Source: Nitriliruptorales bacterium
GTDB taxonomy: Bacteria > Actinomycetota > Nitriliruptoria > Nitriliruptorales > Nitriliruptoraceae
DNA: 64,000 bases
NCBI GenBank assembly: GCA_038233055.1
Contig: JBBSMS010000002.1
Span: forward strand, 17,468 to 81,467
Direction: 5' to 3'
Of the stretch, positions 1 through 8,637 are shown piece by piece. The notes below the pieces were generated by a model that did no database searches, had not been told where the DNA came from, and saw only the letters and a list, made by a program, of their open reading frames with translations. Position numbers and translations under genes: made by a program. How positions within the stretch are numbered: position 1 is the stretch's first letter; each line of letters opens with the position of its first letter.

Positions 1-183
1 CAGGTCGTCCACCTCGACGACCTCCAGCGCAGCGTCGACGGGCTGTCGGTGTCGGTCCCGGACGCCTGCACCGACCTGGCGTTGGCGACCGGGCTGGACG
101 TGCTTCGTCACCGCCACGGTCCCGCCGGGCCCGTGCGTGCCCTGTTCCGGCGCGAGTTCGCCTCGTCCGTGCCGGTGCTGTAG
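1..183 (+). CDS. 3' end of a probable maleylpyruvate isomerase (MDMPI)-family mycothiol-dependent protein, running off the left edge
   Basis: Frame 1 reads QVVHLDDLQRSVDGLSV...ALFRREFASSVPVL* to TAG at 181-183; 'VVHLDDL' resembles the C-terminal metal-binding motif of this family. Confidence 0.5.
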   Translation, partial: QVVHLDDLQRSVDGLSVSVPDACTDLALATGLDVLRHRHGPAGPVRALFRREFASSVPVL

Positions 184-234
184 CGCGGTCCGGGGGCGCT
201 GGTGGTGCCGACGCCGCCGCTGGGCGTTGTTGCT

Positions 235-400
235 GGCGCCGAGGCCAGACACGCTGCGGGTCGTGGACGCGTCCACGATCGCCTGCGTCGACATGACCGG
301 CAGCGGCAACGAGACCGCCGCGCACATCGAGGCCGACGGGCGGTTGACCCTGATGTGGTGCAGTTTCGCCCGCAAGCCCCCGGCTGACCGGTCCCTTGGA
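235..400 (+). pseudogene. Internal fragment of a pyridoxamine 5'-phosphate oxidase-like (PNPOx) protein
   Basis: APRPDTLRVVDASTIACVDMTGSGNETAAHIEADGRLTLMWCSF matches the family motif 'D.TGSGNETAAH...GR.TLM.C.F'; no proper start, and similarity is lost after ~390. Confidence 0.7.
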
Positions 401-459
401 CGACGAACCGGGCCCGTCATGTCGGCGGGCCCGGTCGGTGGTGCAGGGTGGTGCGGTGC

Positions 460-699
460 TCAGCGGCCGCCGCTCTTGGCCTGGGACTCGCAGGAGCTCC
501 AGCCCTGGTGGTCGCCCTCGTTGTGGCCCCCCGGGCCGTTGCTGGCGCGGACGTGGGCGGCGAAGTCGGAGTTGCCCGGGCCGCCGTTGTCGGTGCAGTG
601 CGCAGCGGAGGCCGGCATCACGTTGACCGCGAGCATCGCGGCGATCATGGCCACGAGCGCCAGCAGCATCTTGGTGGTCGTGGTGACGGTTGCCATCAT
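460..699 (-). CDS. Small secreted His/Cys-containing peptide (79 aa, Sec signal peptide)
   Basis: AAGGGAG RBS directly before ATG at 699; MMATVTTTTKMLLALVAMIAAMLAVNVMPASA|AHCTD... has a basic residue, a hydrophobic core and an A-S-A cleavage site. Confidence 0.7.
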   Translation of the reverse strand: MMATVTTTTKMLLALVAMIAAMLAVNVMPASAAHCTDNGGPGNSDFAAHVRASNGPGGHNEGDHQGWSSCESQAKSGGR

Positions 700-1095
700 G
701 GGAACTCCCTTGTCCGTGGGTCGACGAGATGCCGACCTCGCATGGGTGTTCGCACGGACCCCCCGGTGCGGTTCACCGTTGGACGAAATCTTCGGGGCCG
801 TCCGATCTGGTCGGCGCCGGCCGCCGGTCGAGCGGTACCGGAACCAACCTCCGAACGGTTCAGGCGGTGCAGGCGGTCCTGCCGGTCCTGCCGGTCCAGC
901 CATCGGCGGGGATACCGCCACTCCTGTCCCGGCCCTCGTCACCTACAGGGATCCAAAGGGATATCGCCACGTGGTCTGGCTCCGGCCAGCACCGGGTGTC
1001 AGGGTTGTCGAAGCCTGCCCGGAGTGCATGAACGCCATGTAGGTTGCGTTTTGCTTGCGGTTGCGATCTACTTGCACTGTGGGAAGGAGGCCCCG

Positions 1096-1872
1096 ATGAC
1101 ATATGCCCAACTTCTTGGCAGTTTCGATGAGGCACGAGAGGCCTGCGATGCGGTGCTCAGTCCATGGGTTGAGGCGATGGATGCCACGCTTCGAGACGCC
1201 ATCATGGGCGATCGACGCGCAGCAACGTCGTATGCATCAAACTACTTGTCTCTGGCTGGGTTCCTGTCAGAGCACATCGCCAGACAACCGGACGAACGGC
1301 GGTGGGTATCGCGCGTGGCGCGACGCGAAGCTGTATCGCTGCCGTTTCGCGCGTGCGTTGTTGACAACCGCTTGGGCCTGAGCGTGGCGCTTGCCCTTAT
1401 CGGCGACCTGCGACGGATCCTGCCCGATCACATGGAGCTTGAGTGGCCGGGCAACTGTGTACCGCTACGGCACTTGGATCCCATGGTCGAAGTCAATGAC
1501 GAGGGAGTACGCCAATTTGAGCATGTCGTAGACAGAATCGTGGACGGAGCGCACAGCCCTCTGGAAGAGGTCCTGGAGACGTTCGGCCTGTCCTACACCG
1601 ATGCTGGTGGCATCTTCGGCGTGAGCCGTCAGGCCGTGACTCACTGGCTGGCGGAGGGCATCCCTGCTGATCGTTCGGCCACGGTGACAACGGCTGCCCA
1701 GGTTGCCTCGCTGCTTCGGCACTACCTCGTTCCGGAGAGGATCCCAGGCATTGCGAGGAAACGAGCCCGTCGATACGGCAACCGGAGCATGCTTGGGATG
1801 ATTCGAGATGGCGACCACGACGAACTTCTGGACATCACTCAAAGCTCGTTCGACTGGTCGCGGACAGCTTGA
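1096..1872 (+). CDS. Xre/MbcA/ParS-type antitoxin with HTH and an extra N-terminal domain (258 aa)
   Basis: AAGGAGG RBS before ATG 1096; HTH-like FGLSYTDAGGIFGVSRQAVTHW; MbcA-like C-terminus; TGATG overlap with the RES gene. Confidence 0.75.
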   Translation: MTYAQLLGSFDEAREACDAVLSPWVEAMDATLRDAIMGDRRAATSYASNYLSLAGFLSEHIARQPDERRWVSRVARREAVSLPFRACVVDNRLGLSVALALIGDLRRILPDHMELEWPGNCVPLRHLDPMVEVNDEGVRQFEHVVDRIVDGAHSPLEEVLETFGLSYTDAGGIFGVSRQAVTHWLAEGIPADRSATVTTAAQVASLLRHYLVPERIPGIARKRARRYGNRSMLGMIRDGDHDELLDITQSSFDWSRTA

Positions 1873-2405
1873 TGGAGAGCACTGGCATTGTGGGCATCTA
1901 CCAGCGAGTTGTCGAACCAGAATGGCTCGATCCTCTGGATCCCAGCTACTCCGTCCGACATGGCGGGCGCTGGAACGCGCCGGAGTCTCACGCGGCGTTG
2001 TACTTGAACGCGGATGTCGTGACCGCTCGAGCCAACGTGAAGGCCAAGTTCGACGGCCTTCCGTATGGAGCCCAGGACCTAGATCCCGCGGACGCACCCC
2101 ACCTGGTCGAGGTCGAGGTTGCCGCCGGGGTGGCCTGCGAAGTCAGAACGCCGTCGGGGCTCACTTCCGTTGGTCTTCCACCTACCTACCCAAGAGACCT
2201 GGGTGGTGGCATCGTCCCATGGAGCGACTGCCAGCCCATCGGCGCAGTGGCCCACTCCACCGGGCTTGACGGGGTGGCCTGCCGATCGGCAGTGTTGGCC
2301 ACCGGCGAAGAACTTGCTTGGTTTTCGCGCCCGCTGCGTGCTGCAGCAACTGTTAGGACTCGGGCTGAGTTTTCTGATTGGTATTGGCTTGACGACGTCA
2401 GGTAA
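1872..2405 (+). CDS. RES-domain toxin (putative NAD+ phosphorylase)
   Basis: Motifs YQRV, GGRWN, ALYL and GVACRSA typical of RES domains; translationally coupled to the upstream antitoxin. Confidence 0.85.
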   Translation: MESTGIVGIYQRVVEPEWLDPLDPSYSVRHGGRWNAPESHAALYLNADVVTARANVKAKFDGLPYGAQDLDPADAPHLVEVEVAAGVACEVRTPSGLTSVGLPPTYPRDLGGGIVPWSDCQPIGAVAHSTGLDGVACRSAVLATGEELAWFSRPLRAAATVRTRAEFSDWYWLDDVR

Positions 2406-2499
2406 GACGTTGCGGAGTCACGTCTGGGGGTCGGGATCGCTAACCAGTGAGGTAAGCCCCGTGTGATGGCCAACACCAGCCGGACCACTCACCGGGGCC

Positions 2500-2799
2500 C
2501 TCTCAGTCCCGCAGTCCTCCGGCCACGTGCAGGTCGAGGTCGACGGGATCGTCGTCGCCGACAGCCACCAGCCACGGATGTTGCTCGAAACCGGGCTGCC
2601 GACCCGCTCCTACCTCCCCAAGACCGACGTCCGGATGGACCTGCTGCGGCCGTCGGACACGCGCACGCACTGCCCCTCCAAGGGCACTGCCAGCTACCAC
2701 GACCTGGTGCTCGACGACTCGGGCGAAGACTCGATCCACGAGGACCTCGTGTGGTGGTATCCGGCCCCGCTGCTCGAGTCGATCGCCATCGCGAGCTGA
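2500..2799 (+). pseudogene. DUF427 (NTP_transf_9) domain fragment
   Basis: HVQVEVDGIVVADS...LETGLPTRSYLP..DVRMDLLRPSDTRTHCPSKGTASY...W.YP.P is the DUF427 signature; it ends early at IAS* and lacks an N-terminus. Confidence 0.7.
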
Positions 2800-2874
2800 C
2801 GGCGTGCTCCAGGACCGTCCGAAGAGCCCGTTCAGCTGACCTTCCGGCAGTCTGCGGCCGTTCGCCCGACGCGG

Positions 2875-4167
2875 TCAAGGGTCGAGTTGGGCCCGCGCCG
2901 CCAACATCAGCACGGCGCCCGTGGCGGCCGTGGCGGCCGCGACGAGCCAGGCCGTGGCGAAGGAGGTTGCCGCGGCCGTCGCGCCGAACGCCAGCGGCCC
3001 GATCGCGTTGCCCACGCCCAGACCGGCCAAGCCCACGCCCGCTGCCGCACCGGGTGCGTGCGGTGTGAGCCGCACCAGGGACAGGAACAGCAGGCCCGAC
3101 CATCCCCACCCGGCCGCGAATGCGCCGACCGTGCCCACGACCAGGGCCGGGGTCGTGCCCAGCGCGCCGACGGCCATCGTCACGGCCCCAGCAGCGAGCA
3201 TCGCCGCGATCAGGTGCAACCGGGGACCACGATCCCGGTCGGCATGCACCCCGGCCCCGACCCTGGCCACGATGCCGGCCACGCTGCCAGTCGCCAGCAG
3301 GAGGCCTGCCGCCGACTCGCCCAGCCCCATCGCGACGCCGCTCTCGGTCAGGAAGACGCTGATCCCACTGGCCGCGGCGCTGCCGGCGGCGGCCGATGCC
3401 GCGATCAGCAGCAGGGCACGGCGCGGAGGCGGGTCAACGACCGGCGCTGCCACCGTCACCCCATCGGTGCGCACCGGCGTGGCGTGGCCAGCCACATCAG
3501 GTCCGGTGTGGTGGTCGCCGTCCGCGCTCGCGGCCCCTGTCCCGGCCGCGCCGCCCCGACGTCCGGCCCCTCGCCTCGCCGGGGCATCGGTGTCCATGTC
3601 GGTGCGGGCCATCAGCCATCCCAGGGCGGCCAGCGGGACGACAGCCAGCAGGAATGCCCAGCGCCATCCGAACGTGGTGGCGGCGCCGGGCACCGCCAGG
3701 CCGGCGACCAGCGTGGCCGTCGGGATCGCCGCCTCCTTGATGCCGAATGCCAGTCCGTGCCGCGTGTCCGGGACAGACCGGGACACCAGGATGGCCAGGC
3801 CCGGGTCGGTGAAGGCGATTCCCAGCCCCGCGACGCCGAGCAGGACGGCGATGTGCAGCCAGGACGTGGCGAACCCGCCGATGCCGACGAGTGCGACGAC
3901 ACTCAGGGCGGAGCCGGCCGCGACCGACGTCCGTGCGCCCAGTCGGTCGGTGGCCCGTCCAACCAGCGGGGCCACCGCGGCGCTGACGAGGAACCCGCCG
4001 GTCACGGCGGCGCCCAGGGCGGTCTCGCCGAACCCGAGGTCTCGTCGGATCTGCACGGCCAGCCCACCGACGAGGAAGACCGGCAGCGCGGCCACGACCA
4101 GGGCGGTGCCGGCGGTCGCGATCGGGCGCACGACCGAGGGTCGTGGCGTCGTGGTGGTGGGGGTCAC
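2875..4167 (-). CDS. MFS transporter
   Basis: About 12 hydrophobic segments; motif-A-like GRATDRLGAR; probable GTG start at 4167. Confidence 0.9.
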   Translation of the reverse strand: MTPTTTTPRPSVVRPIATAGTALVVAALPVFLVGGLAVQIRRDLGFGETALGAAVTGGFLVSAAVAPLVGRATDRLGARTSVAAGSALSVVALVGIGGFATSWLHIAVLLGVAGLGIAFTDPGLAILVSRSVPDTRHGLAFGIKEAAIPTATLVAGLAVPGAATTFGWRWAFLLAVVPLAALGWLMARTDMDTDAPARRGAGRRGGAAGTGAASADGDHHTGPDVAGHATPVRTDGVTVAAPVVDPPPRRALLLIAASAAAGSAAASGISVFLTESGVAMGLGESAAGLLLATGSVAGIVARVGAGVHADRDRGPRLHLIAAMLAAGAVTMAVGALGTTPALVVGTVGAFAAGWGWSGLLFLSLVRLTPHAPGAAAGVGLAGLGVGNAIGPLAFGATAAATSFATAWLVAAATAATGAVLMLAARAQLDP

Positions 4168-4304
4168 TTGCGTCCAGCCGTTGTGTTGGGAGCCGCGCAG
4201 CGTAGGCGATCGGGTGACGGCACCATCCGCCTCCCACCCCCAGGGCGATCGGCCCAAGACCACGTCGAAGGCGCATCGAGACCAGGTGCAATCATCCGGC
4301 CCCG

Positions 4305-4547
4305 TTGGGGCTGGGGAAGTACACCCCGCACGTGCTGCGGCAGTCGGCGGCGACGTTGCTGATCGATGCGGGCGCGAGCGTGAAGGACGTCCAGCAGCAC
4401 CTGGGCCATTCGGATGCGGCGGTGACCCTCAACATTTGCAGCGCCGTGATGGAGGGACGGAGCGAGGACCTGGCCGAGCGTCTGGAAGCGATCCGCCCGG
4501 CGGCGACGGGTGTGGGTCACGACCAGGACGGCAGTGATCGTGACTGA
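4305..4547 (+). pseudogene. C-terminal remnant of a tyrosine integrase
   Basis: TPHVLRQSAATLLIDAGASVKDVQQHLGHSDAAVTLNIC resembles box II (H-x-x-R, LGH); the catalytic Tyr position is Cys; no N-terminal part. Confidence 0.85.
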
Positions 4548-4651
4548 TCGGACCGTGTGGACGGCTGGCCTGGCACCTCGACTCGGGTGGTCCGGGCACT
4601 CCTCATGTGTCCAACCGCCGCGTCCGGGCTGGTGGTTGGAGTGCAGGTCCA

Positions 4652-4681
4652 GGGCATGCTTGGGGCACGAGCAGGGCACGA
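4652..4681 (+). repeat. Three 8-bp direct repeats at 11-bp period (probable integrase arm-type sites)
   Basis: GGGCATGC (4652), GGGCACGA (4663) and GGGCACGA (4674) lie between the integrase remnant and the tRNA 3' end. Confidence 0.5.
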
Positions 4682-4751
4682 CACGTCAGCGGCGCGACCC
4701 TCTCGACGGGAAGTTGTCGCGGTTTTGATCGAATGGGGACGAGCGGAGCAG

Positions 4752-4826
4752 TGCGCCCGGCAGGATTTGAACCTGCGACCGGCGGATTAGAAGGCCGCTG
4801 CTCTCTCCGGACTGAGCTACGGGCGC
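4752..4826 (-). tRNA. tRNA-Arg (anticodon TCT)
   Basis: Reverse complement GCGCCCGTAGCTCAGTCCGGAGAGAGCAGCGGCCTTCTAATCCGCCGGTCGCAGGTTCAAATCCTGCCGGGCGCA folds as a cloverleaf; CCA not encoded. Confidence 0.93.
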
Positions 4827-4927
4827 GCGAGGGACAGGATACGTCGCTCGCCACCCGAGAGACCCGTTGCGTCGCCGGGTGCGGCCGTGGCAGACTGGCT
4901 CCGAGACGGCACCGGCCCGAACCGGTC

Positions 4928-5254
4928 ATGACGCCGTCGCCATCGGCCAGGTCGATGATGAGCGTGGTCAACCGCAACGCGCCCCGGTCCCCACAGGATC
5001 GGGCGATCGATCGTGCCCGCGCGGTCGCCACAACCTTCCAGACGTTCGCCTACGTGTTGATGCTCGCCGCGGTCTGGGGTGCCCCGGTTCGGGCGGTGCT
5101 GGTGGCACACCGTGATGCCGGATCGGCGTGGCGCAGCCCGTGGCACCTGTGGGCCATGGGGGAATGGACGGTCGTCTGCCTGGCCGCGTCCTACCTGCTC
5201 TGGTGCGCGGGGGACTGGGTGCGCGACGAACTGGTCCCCACGTCCAGGCGCTGA
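4928..5254 (+). CDS. Small hypothetical membrane protein (about 2 TM segments)
   Basis: Two hydrophobic stretches (FAYVLMLAAVWGAPV; WTVVCLAASYLLWCAG); start uncertain. Confidence 0.45.
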   Translation: MTPSPSARSMMSVVNRNAPRSPQDRAIDRARAVATTFQTFAYVLMLAAVWGAPVRAVLVAHRDAGSAWRSPWHLWAMGEWTVVCLAASYLLWCAGDWVRDELVPTSRR

Positions 5255-5297
5255 CGCCGCACCGGGATGCGCCCGGGGACGGGGACAAGCGCGTGAG

Positions 5298-6038
5298 TCA
5301 CTCGGTGCGGTACCAGTCGCCCAGCGGCCACTCGATCGCGTCGCAGAACATCGACAGCGCCTCGGCCACCAGCACGGCCGTGGCCGCCTCGGACGGGCCC
5401 GGGTGCACCACGTAGGTCGACTCGGTGGCCGCGGGATTGCGCGTCGTGGACCACCCGGCCGGGACCCCGGCGCGGTCGATCCGGCGGCGCGCCCCGGGCG
5501 GGAACGTCGCCACCACCTCCAGGTCCCGCCCGGCCACGCCTCGGCGGGTCGCACCGGTCACCTCCCATCGCGACAACAGGTCGTTGGACAGGTGGCGCGC
5601 GACGCGGTTGAGGAACGAGCCCGGGCGTCGGCTCACTCCGCTGATCCGATCGGGCCCCGACGTGTCGTAGGCACCCGCGACGGCGGCGGCGACCCCAGCG
5701 ACACTCCAGGCGTCACCCGGGCCCGGGGCGGTGGCGTCTGCCAGCAGCGACAGGTCGACGTCGTCGGCCTCGGCGCGTCCACGGCCGTACTGGCCGGTCG
5801 TCGACGGGTACGCGCGGCGGCCAGTGGACGGCGAGGCCGCAACCGGCGGCTCGCGGTCGGCTCGGTCCAGCAACAGGTCGACGGCCGCGACCAGGTCCTG
5901 GAACACCGCGGCATCGCCACCGGCGTCCGGGTGATACGTCCGAGCTGCACGCCGGTAGGCACGGCGGATGTCGTCGGCGGTCGCGTGGCGGTCCACCTGG
6001 AGCAGTTCGCGCGCGCGGCGATGCGAGAGGCTTGCCAT
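5298..6038 (-). CDS. J-domain (DnaJ N-terminal) protein with an unknown C-terminal domain
   Basis: ARELLQV...DDIRRAYRRAARTYHPDAGGD: J-domain with intact HPD motif. Confidence 0.85.
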   Translation of the reverse strand: MASLSHRRARELLQVDRHATADDIRRAYRRAARTYHPDAGGDAAVFQDLVAAVDLLLDRADREPPVAASPSTGRRAYPSTTGQYGRGRAEADDVDLSLLADATAPGPGDAWSVAGVAAAVAGAYDTSGPDRISGVSRRPGSFLNRVARHLSNDLLSRWEVTGATRRGVAGRDLEVVATFPPGARRRIDRAGVPAGWSTTRNPAATESTYVVHPGPSEAATAVLVAEALSMFCDAIEWPLGDWYRTE

Positions 6039-6642
6039 GGACGTGGGATCACCTCGCACCGTCGAGACGTGGCTGGCGGGAAACCGGGTTGCGACCGTGG
6101 GTTGCAGCGGGCGTGGGATTCCGGCGGTCCGGCAGCGCCCGTCCGGCCCATGCTAACGCTGGTCGGGGCCGATCCCGGACCCGTTGGCGGCGTCCTGTCC
6201 GGCCGGATCAGGCGCTGTGACGGCTCACGGACGCACTCGGCGCGCGACCGGCGGACCTGGCTCGTGCGACGGCCGTGGTGTAGCCGACGGCGCCCAGCAG
6301 GGACGCGAGGAGCAGCACCACCTCGGCGATCGTGACAGCGTTGTCCGGCAGTCGCACGGGTGGCAGCGTGTCCGCACCTGGGAGGTCACGACCGCGGGCG
6401 CCAGCGGGTTGATGGTCACGCCGCCTGTCCGCGCGGCGGCCTGGGCCTGAAGCGCGGGCGCCGTGACGGGCGTGGTCACGACGGGGCGTGGTCACCCCGG
6501 ACGCCGCCACGGCAGGGGCTGCGGTGCGAAGGTCCTCGCCAGGTCGGCGGTCTCCTTGGCCGCGCCTGTTGCTCTGGCCGTGGTCTGCTCGACGGTCTCG
6601 GTGGCGCGTGTGGGCCGATGGACCCGGGGCGCGCCGAGGAAG

Positions 6643-6716
6643 TGGAGCGGGTGAAGGGAATCGAACCCTCATGACCAGCTTGGAAGGCTGGGGCTCTACC
6701 ATTGAGCTACACCCGC
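6643..6716 (-). tRNA. tRNA-Gly (anticodon TCC)
   Basis: Reverse complement GCGGGTGTAGCTCAATGGTAGAGCCCCAGCCTTCCAAGCTGGTCATGAGGGTTCGATTCCCTTCACCCGCTCCA. Confidence 0.97.
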
Positions 6717-6926
6717 GAACGACTCCGCAGGATAGCGACGACTGGTCCGGAACCCGCCCCGGTTCAGGCCTCGCGTTCGTCCAGTGCCCACGATGCCCAC
6801 CCGGTCGGGTCTGTTCCCGCCCACCCGGGCCGTACCGGTGGTGGGCACGAGGGACGTCCACCGGGCAGGGTGCCACGGGGCGGCGCCACACAACGCGGGA
6901 TCGGTAGGATCGGGGTTCGCAGCAAC

Positions 6927-7004
6927 CGGGGCGTGGCGCAGCTTGGTTAGCGTGCCTGCTTTGGGAGCAGGAGGTCGCCGGTTCGAATCCGGCCGCCCCG
7001 ACCA
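6927..7004 (+). tRNA. tRNA-Pro (anticodon TGG)
   Basis: CGGGGCGTGGCGCAGCTTGGTTAGCGTGCCTGCTTTGGGAGCAGGAGGTCGCCGGTTCGAATCCGGCCGCCCCGACCA; usual position upstream of tig. Confidence 0.97.
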
Positions 7005-7138
7005 CGTCGTGACTGGCATCCCCCGCTCGTCCGACCACCATCCATCCGCACACATCCGCGATCCGTGCATGCCCGTGCGACCCTGCTGCGGTCCACCTCG
7101 GCACCACTCCCACGGCCAACGAACAGGCACCCCCTGCC

Positions 7139-8566
7139 ATGAAGACGACCGTCGAAACCCTCGACCCCGTCCGCGTCAAGCTCACCGTCGAGGTCGAGCC
7201 CCACGTGGTCAAGAAGGCCCACGACCAGGCCGCGCGCCACCTCGCCGCCCAGGTCAACCTCCCCGGGTTCCGCAAGGGCAAGGCTCCGCGCCGGCTGCTC
7301 GAACAGCACCTCGGCAAGGGCGCGATCGCCCAACATGCGCTGGAGGACTCGCTGGACAACTGGTACCGCGAGGCGCTGGAGGCCGAGGACCTGGTCCCGG
7401 TCGCGTCGCCCGAGGTCGACATCGACACCTTCAGCGAGGACGAGGGCGCCAACTTCTCCGCCGAGGTCGAGATCCGGCCCGAGATCGACCTGCCCGACCA
7501 CACCGGCATCCAGGTCACCCACCCCGAGTGGTCGGTCACCGAGGACGAGGTCGACGAGAAGGTGGAGGAACTGCGCGAGCGGTTCTCGGAGGTCGACGAG
7601 GTCGAACGCGCAGCCCGCACCGGCGACTACGTCACGATCGACCTGTCGGTGTTCATCGACGGTGAGGAGATCGAGGGCGCCCACGTCACCGACGCGCTCT
7701 ACGAGATCGGCTCGCAGGGGGTGACCGCCAAGCTGGATGACGAACTGGACGGGGTCGAGGGCGGCGAGGAGCTGACCTACGTCGACGACCTGCCCGAGGA
7801 GTACCCCGAGCATGGCGGCGACGAGGCGGAGTTCCACGTCACCGTCCACGACGTCCGTGCCAAGACGCTGCCGGCCCTGGACGACGACTTCGCTGCCACC
7901 GCCAGCGAGTTCGACACCTATGCCGAGTTGCGCACCGACCTGCGCACCAACGTGTTGAAGCAGAAGCTGCGCGGGGCCCTGCACGAGGCCCGCGGCAGCC
8001 TGCTCGAGGCCTACCTCGCCACCATCGAGGTCCCGCTGCCCCCGTCGATGATCACCGACGAGGTCGAGGGCCAGCGCGCCCAGATCACCCAGCAGGGCCA
8101 GCAGTACGGGATGACCTTCGAGGACCTGCTCGCGGCCCAGGACGTGGAGGTCGACGCCTGGGAGGAACAGGTCCGCGAACAGGCCAGCCAGTCGGTCAAG
8201 GCGCGCCTGGTGCTGGACACCCTGGCGGAGGACCTCGAGGTCCAGATCGAGCCCGACGACGTCAACGAGGAGATCTTCCGCCACGCCATGCAGATGGGCA
8301 TGCAGCCCGAGCAGGTCGCGGAGATGATCCAGGACCAGGGGTCGCTGCCGGCCCTGATCGGGGACATCGCCCGGCGCAAGGCGCTGGACGCGATTGTCGA
8401 TGGCGGCACCCTGGACGGCGCCCCCGACGACGCGCTGCTGATCGAACTGGGCCTCAAGCAGGACCCGGACGCTCCCGACCCCACCCCCGAGACTGCGGCC
8501 GAGGCCGCCGACGCCCCGGCCGACGCCGACGAGGCCGCCGACACCACCGAGGCCGACGACGCCTGA
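7139..8566 (+). CDS. tig: Trigger factor
   Basis: [19 protein letters not shown]; ribosome-binding PGFRKGKAP; FKBP-like domain; precedes clpP-clpX. Confidence 0.97.
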   Translation: MKTTVETLDPVRVKLTVEVEPHVVKKAHDQAARHLAAQVNLPGFRKGKAPRRLLEQHLGKGAIAQHALEDSLDNWYREALEAEDLVPVASPEVDIDTFSEDEGANFSAEVEIRPEIDLPDHTGIQVTHPEWSVTEDEVDEKVEELRERFSEVDEVERAARTGDYVTIDLSVFIDGEEIEGAHVTDALYEIGSQGVTAKLDDELDGVEGGEELTYVDDLPEEYPEHGGDEAEFHVTVHDVRAKTLPALDDDFAATASEFDTYAELRTDLRTNVLKQKLRGALHEARGSLLEAYLATIEVPLPPSMITDEVEGQRAQITQQGQQYGMTFEDLLAAQDVEVDAWEEQVREQASQSVKARLVLDTLAEDLEVQIEPDDVNEEIFRHAMQMGMQPEQVAEMIQDQGSLPALIGDIARRKALDAIVDGGTLDGAPDDALLIELGLKQDPDAPDPTPETAAEAADAPADADEAADTTEADDA

Positions 8567-8583
8567 GGGCCCCACGAGCCACG

Positions 8584-8637
8584 CGTCGAATGTGCGCATC
8601 GCCCCGGAATCCCGGGGTGGGGCGCACACTCGACGTG
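8584..8637. repeat. Intergenic palindromic (REP-like) element, family 2
   Basis: CGTCGA-A-TGTGCGC...GCGCACA-C-TCGACG hairpin; the 16-mer GCGCACACTCGACGTG recurs at 49609-49624. Confidence 0.6.

Larger units (their letters stand above)
1..4751. mobile_element. Decayed genomic island integrated at the tRNA-Arg 3' end (left boundary not in window)
   Basis: Integrase remnant next to the tRNA 3' end, several gene fragments, a TA pair, and lower GC in the TA genes (55-57% in two hand-counted 60-nt lines vs 67-70% in two core-gene lines). Confidence 0.65.

Noticed and set aside
137-1042. 301-aa ORF spanning the PNPOx fragment
   Set aside because: It is a chimera: a short PNPOx match, antisense to the peptide gene, then an unassignable tail (…YRDPKGYRHVVWLRP…CPECM). 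No coherent protein.
1-4751. Second att copy (duplicated tRNA-Arg 3' end) within the window
   Set aside because: No duplicate was found by eye, so the island's left boundary cannot be placed.
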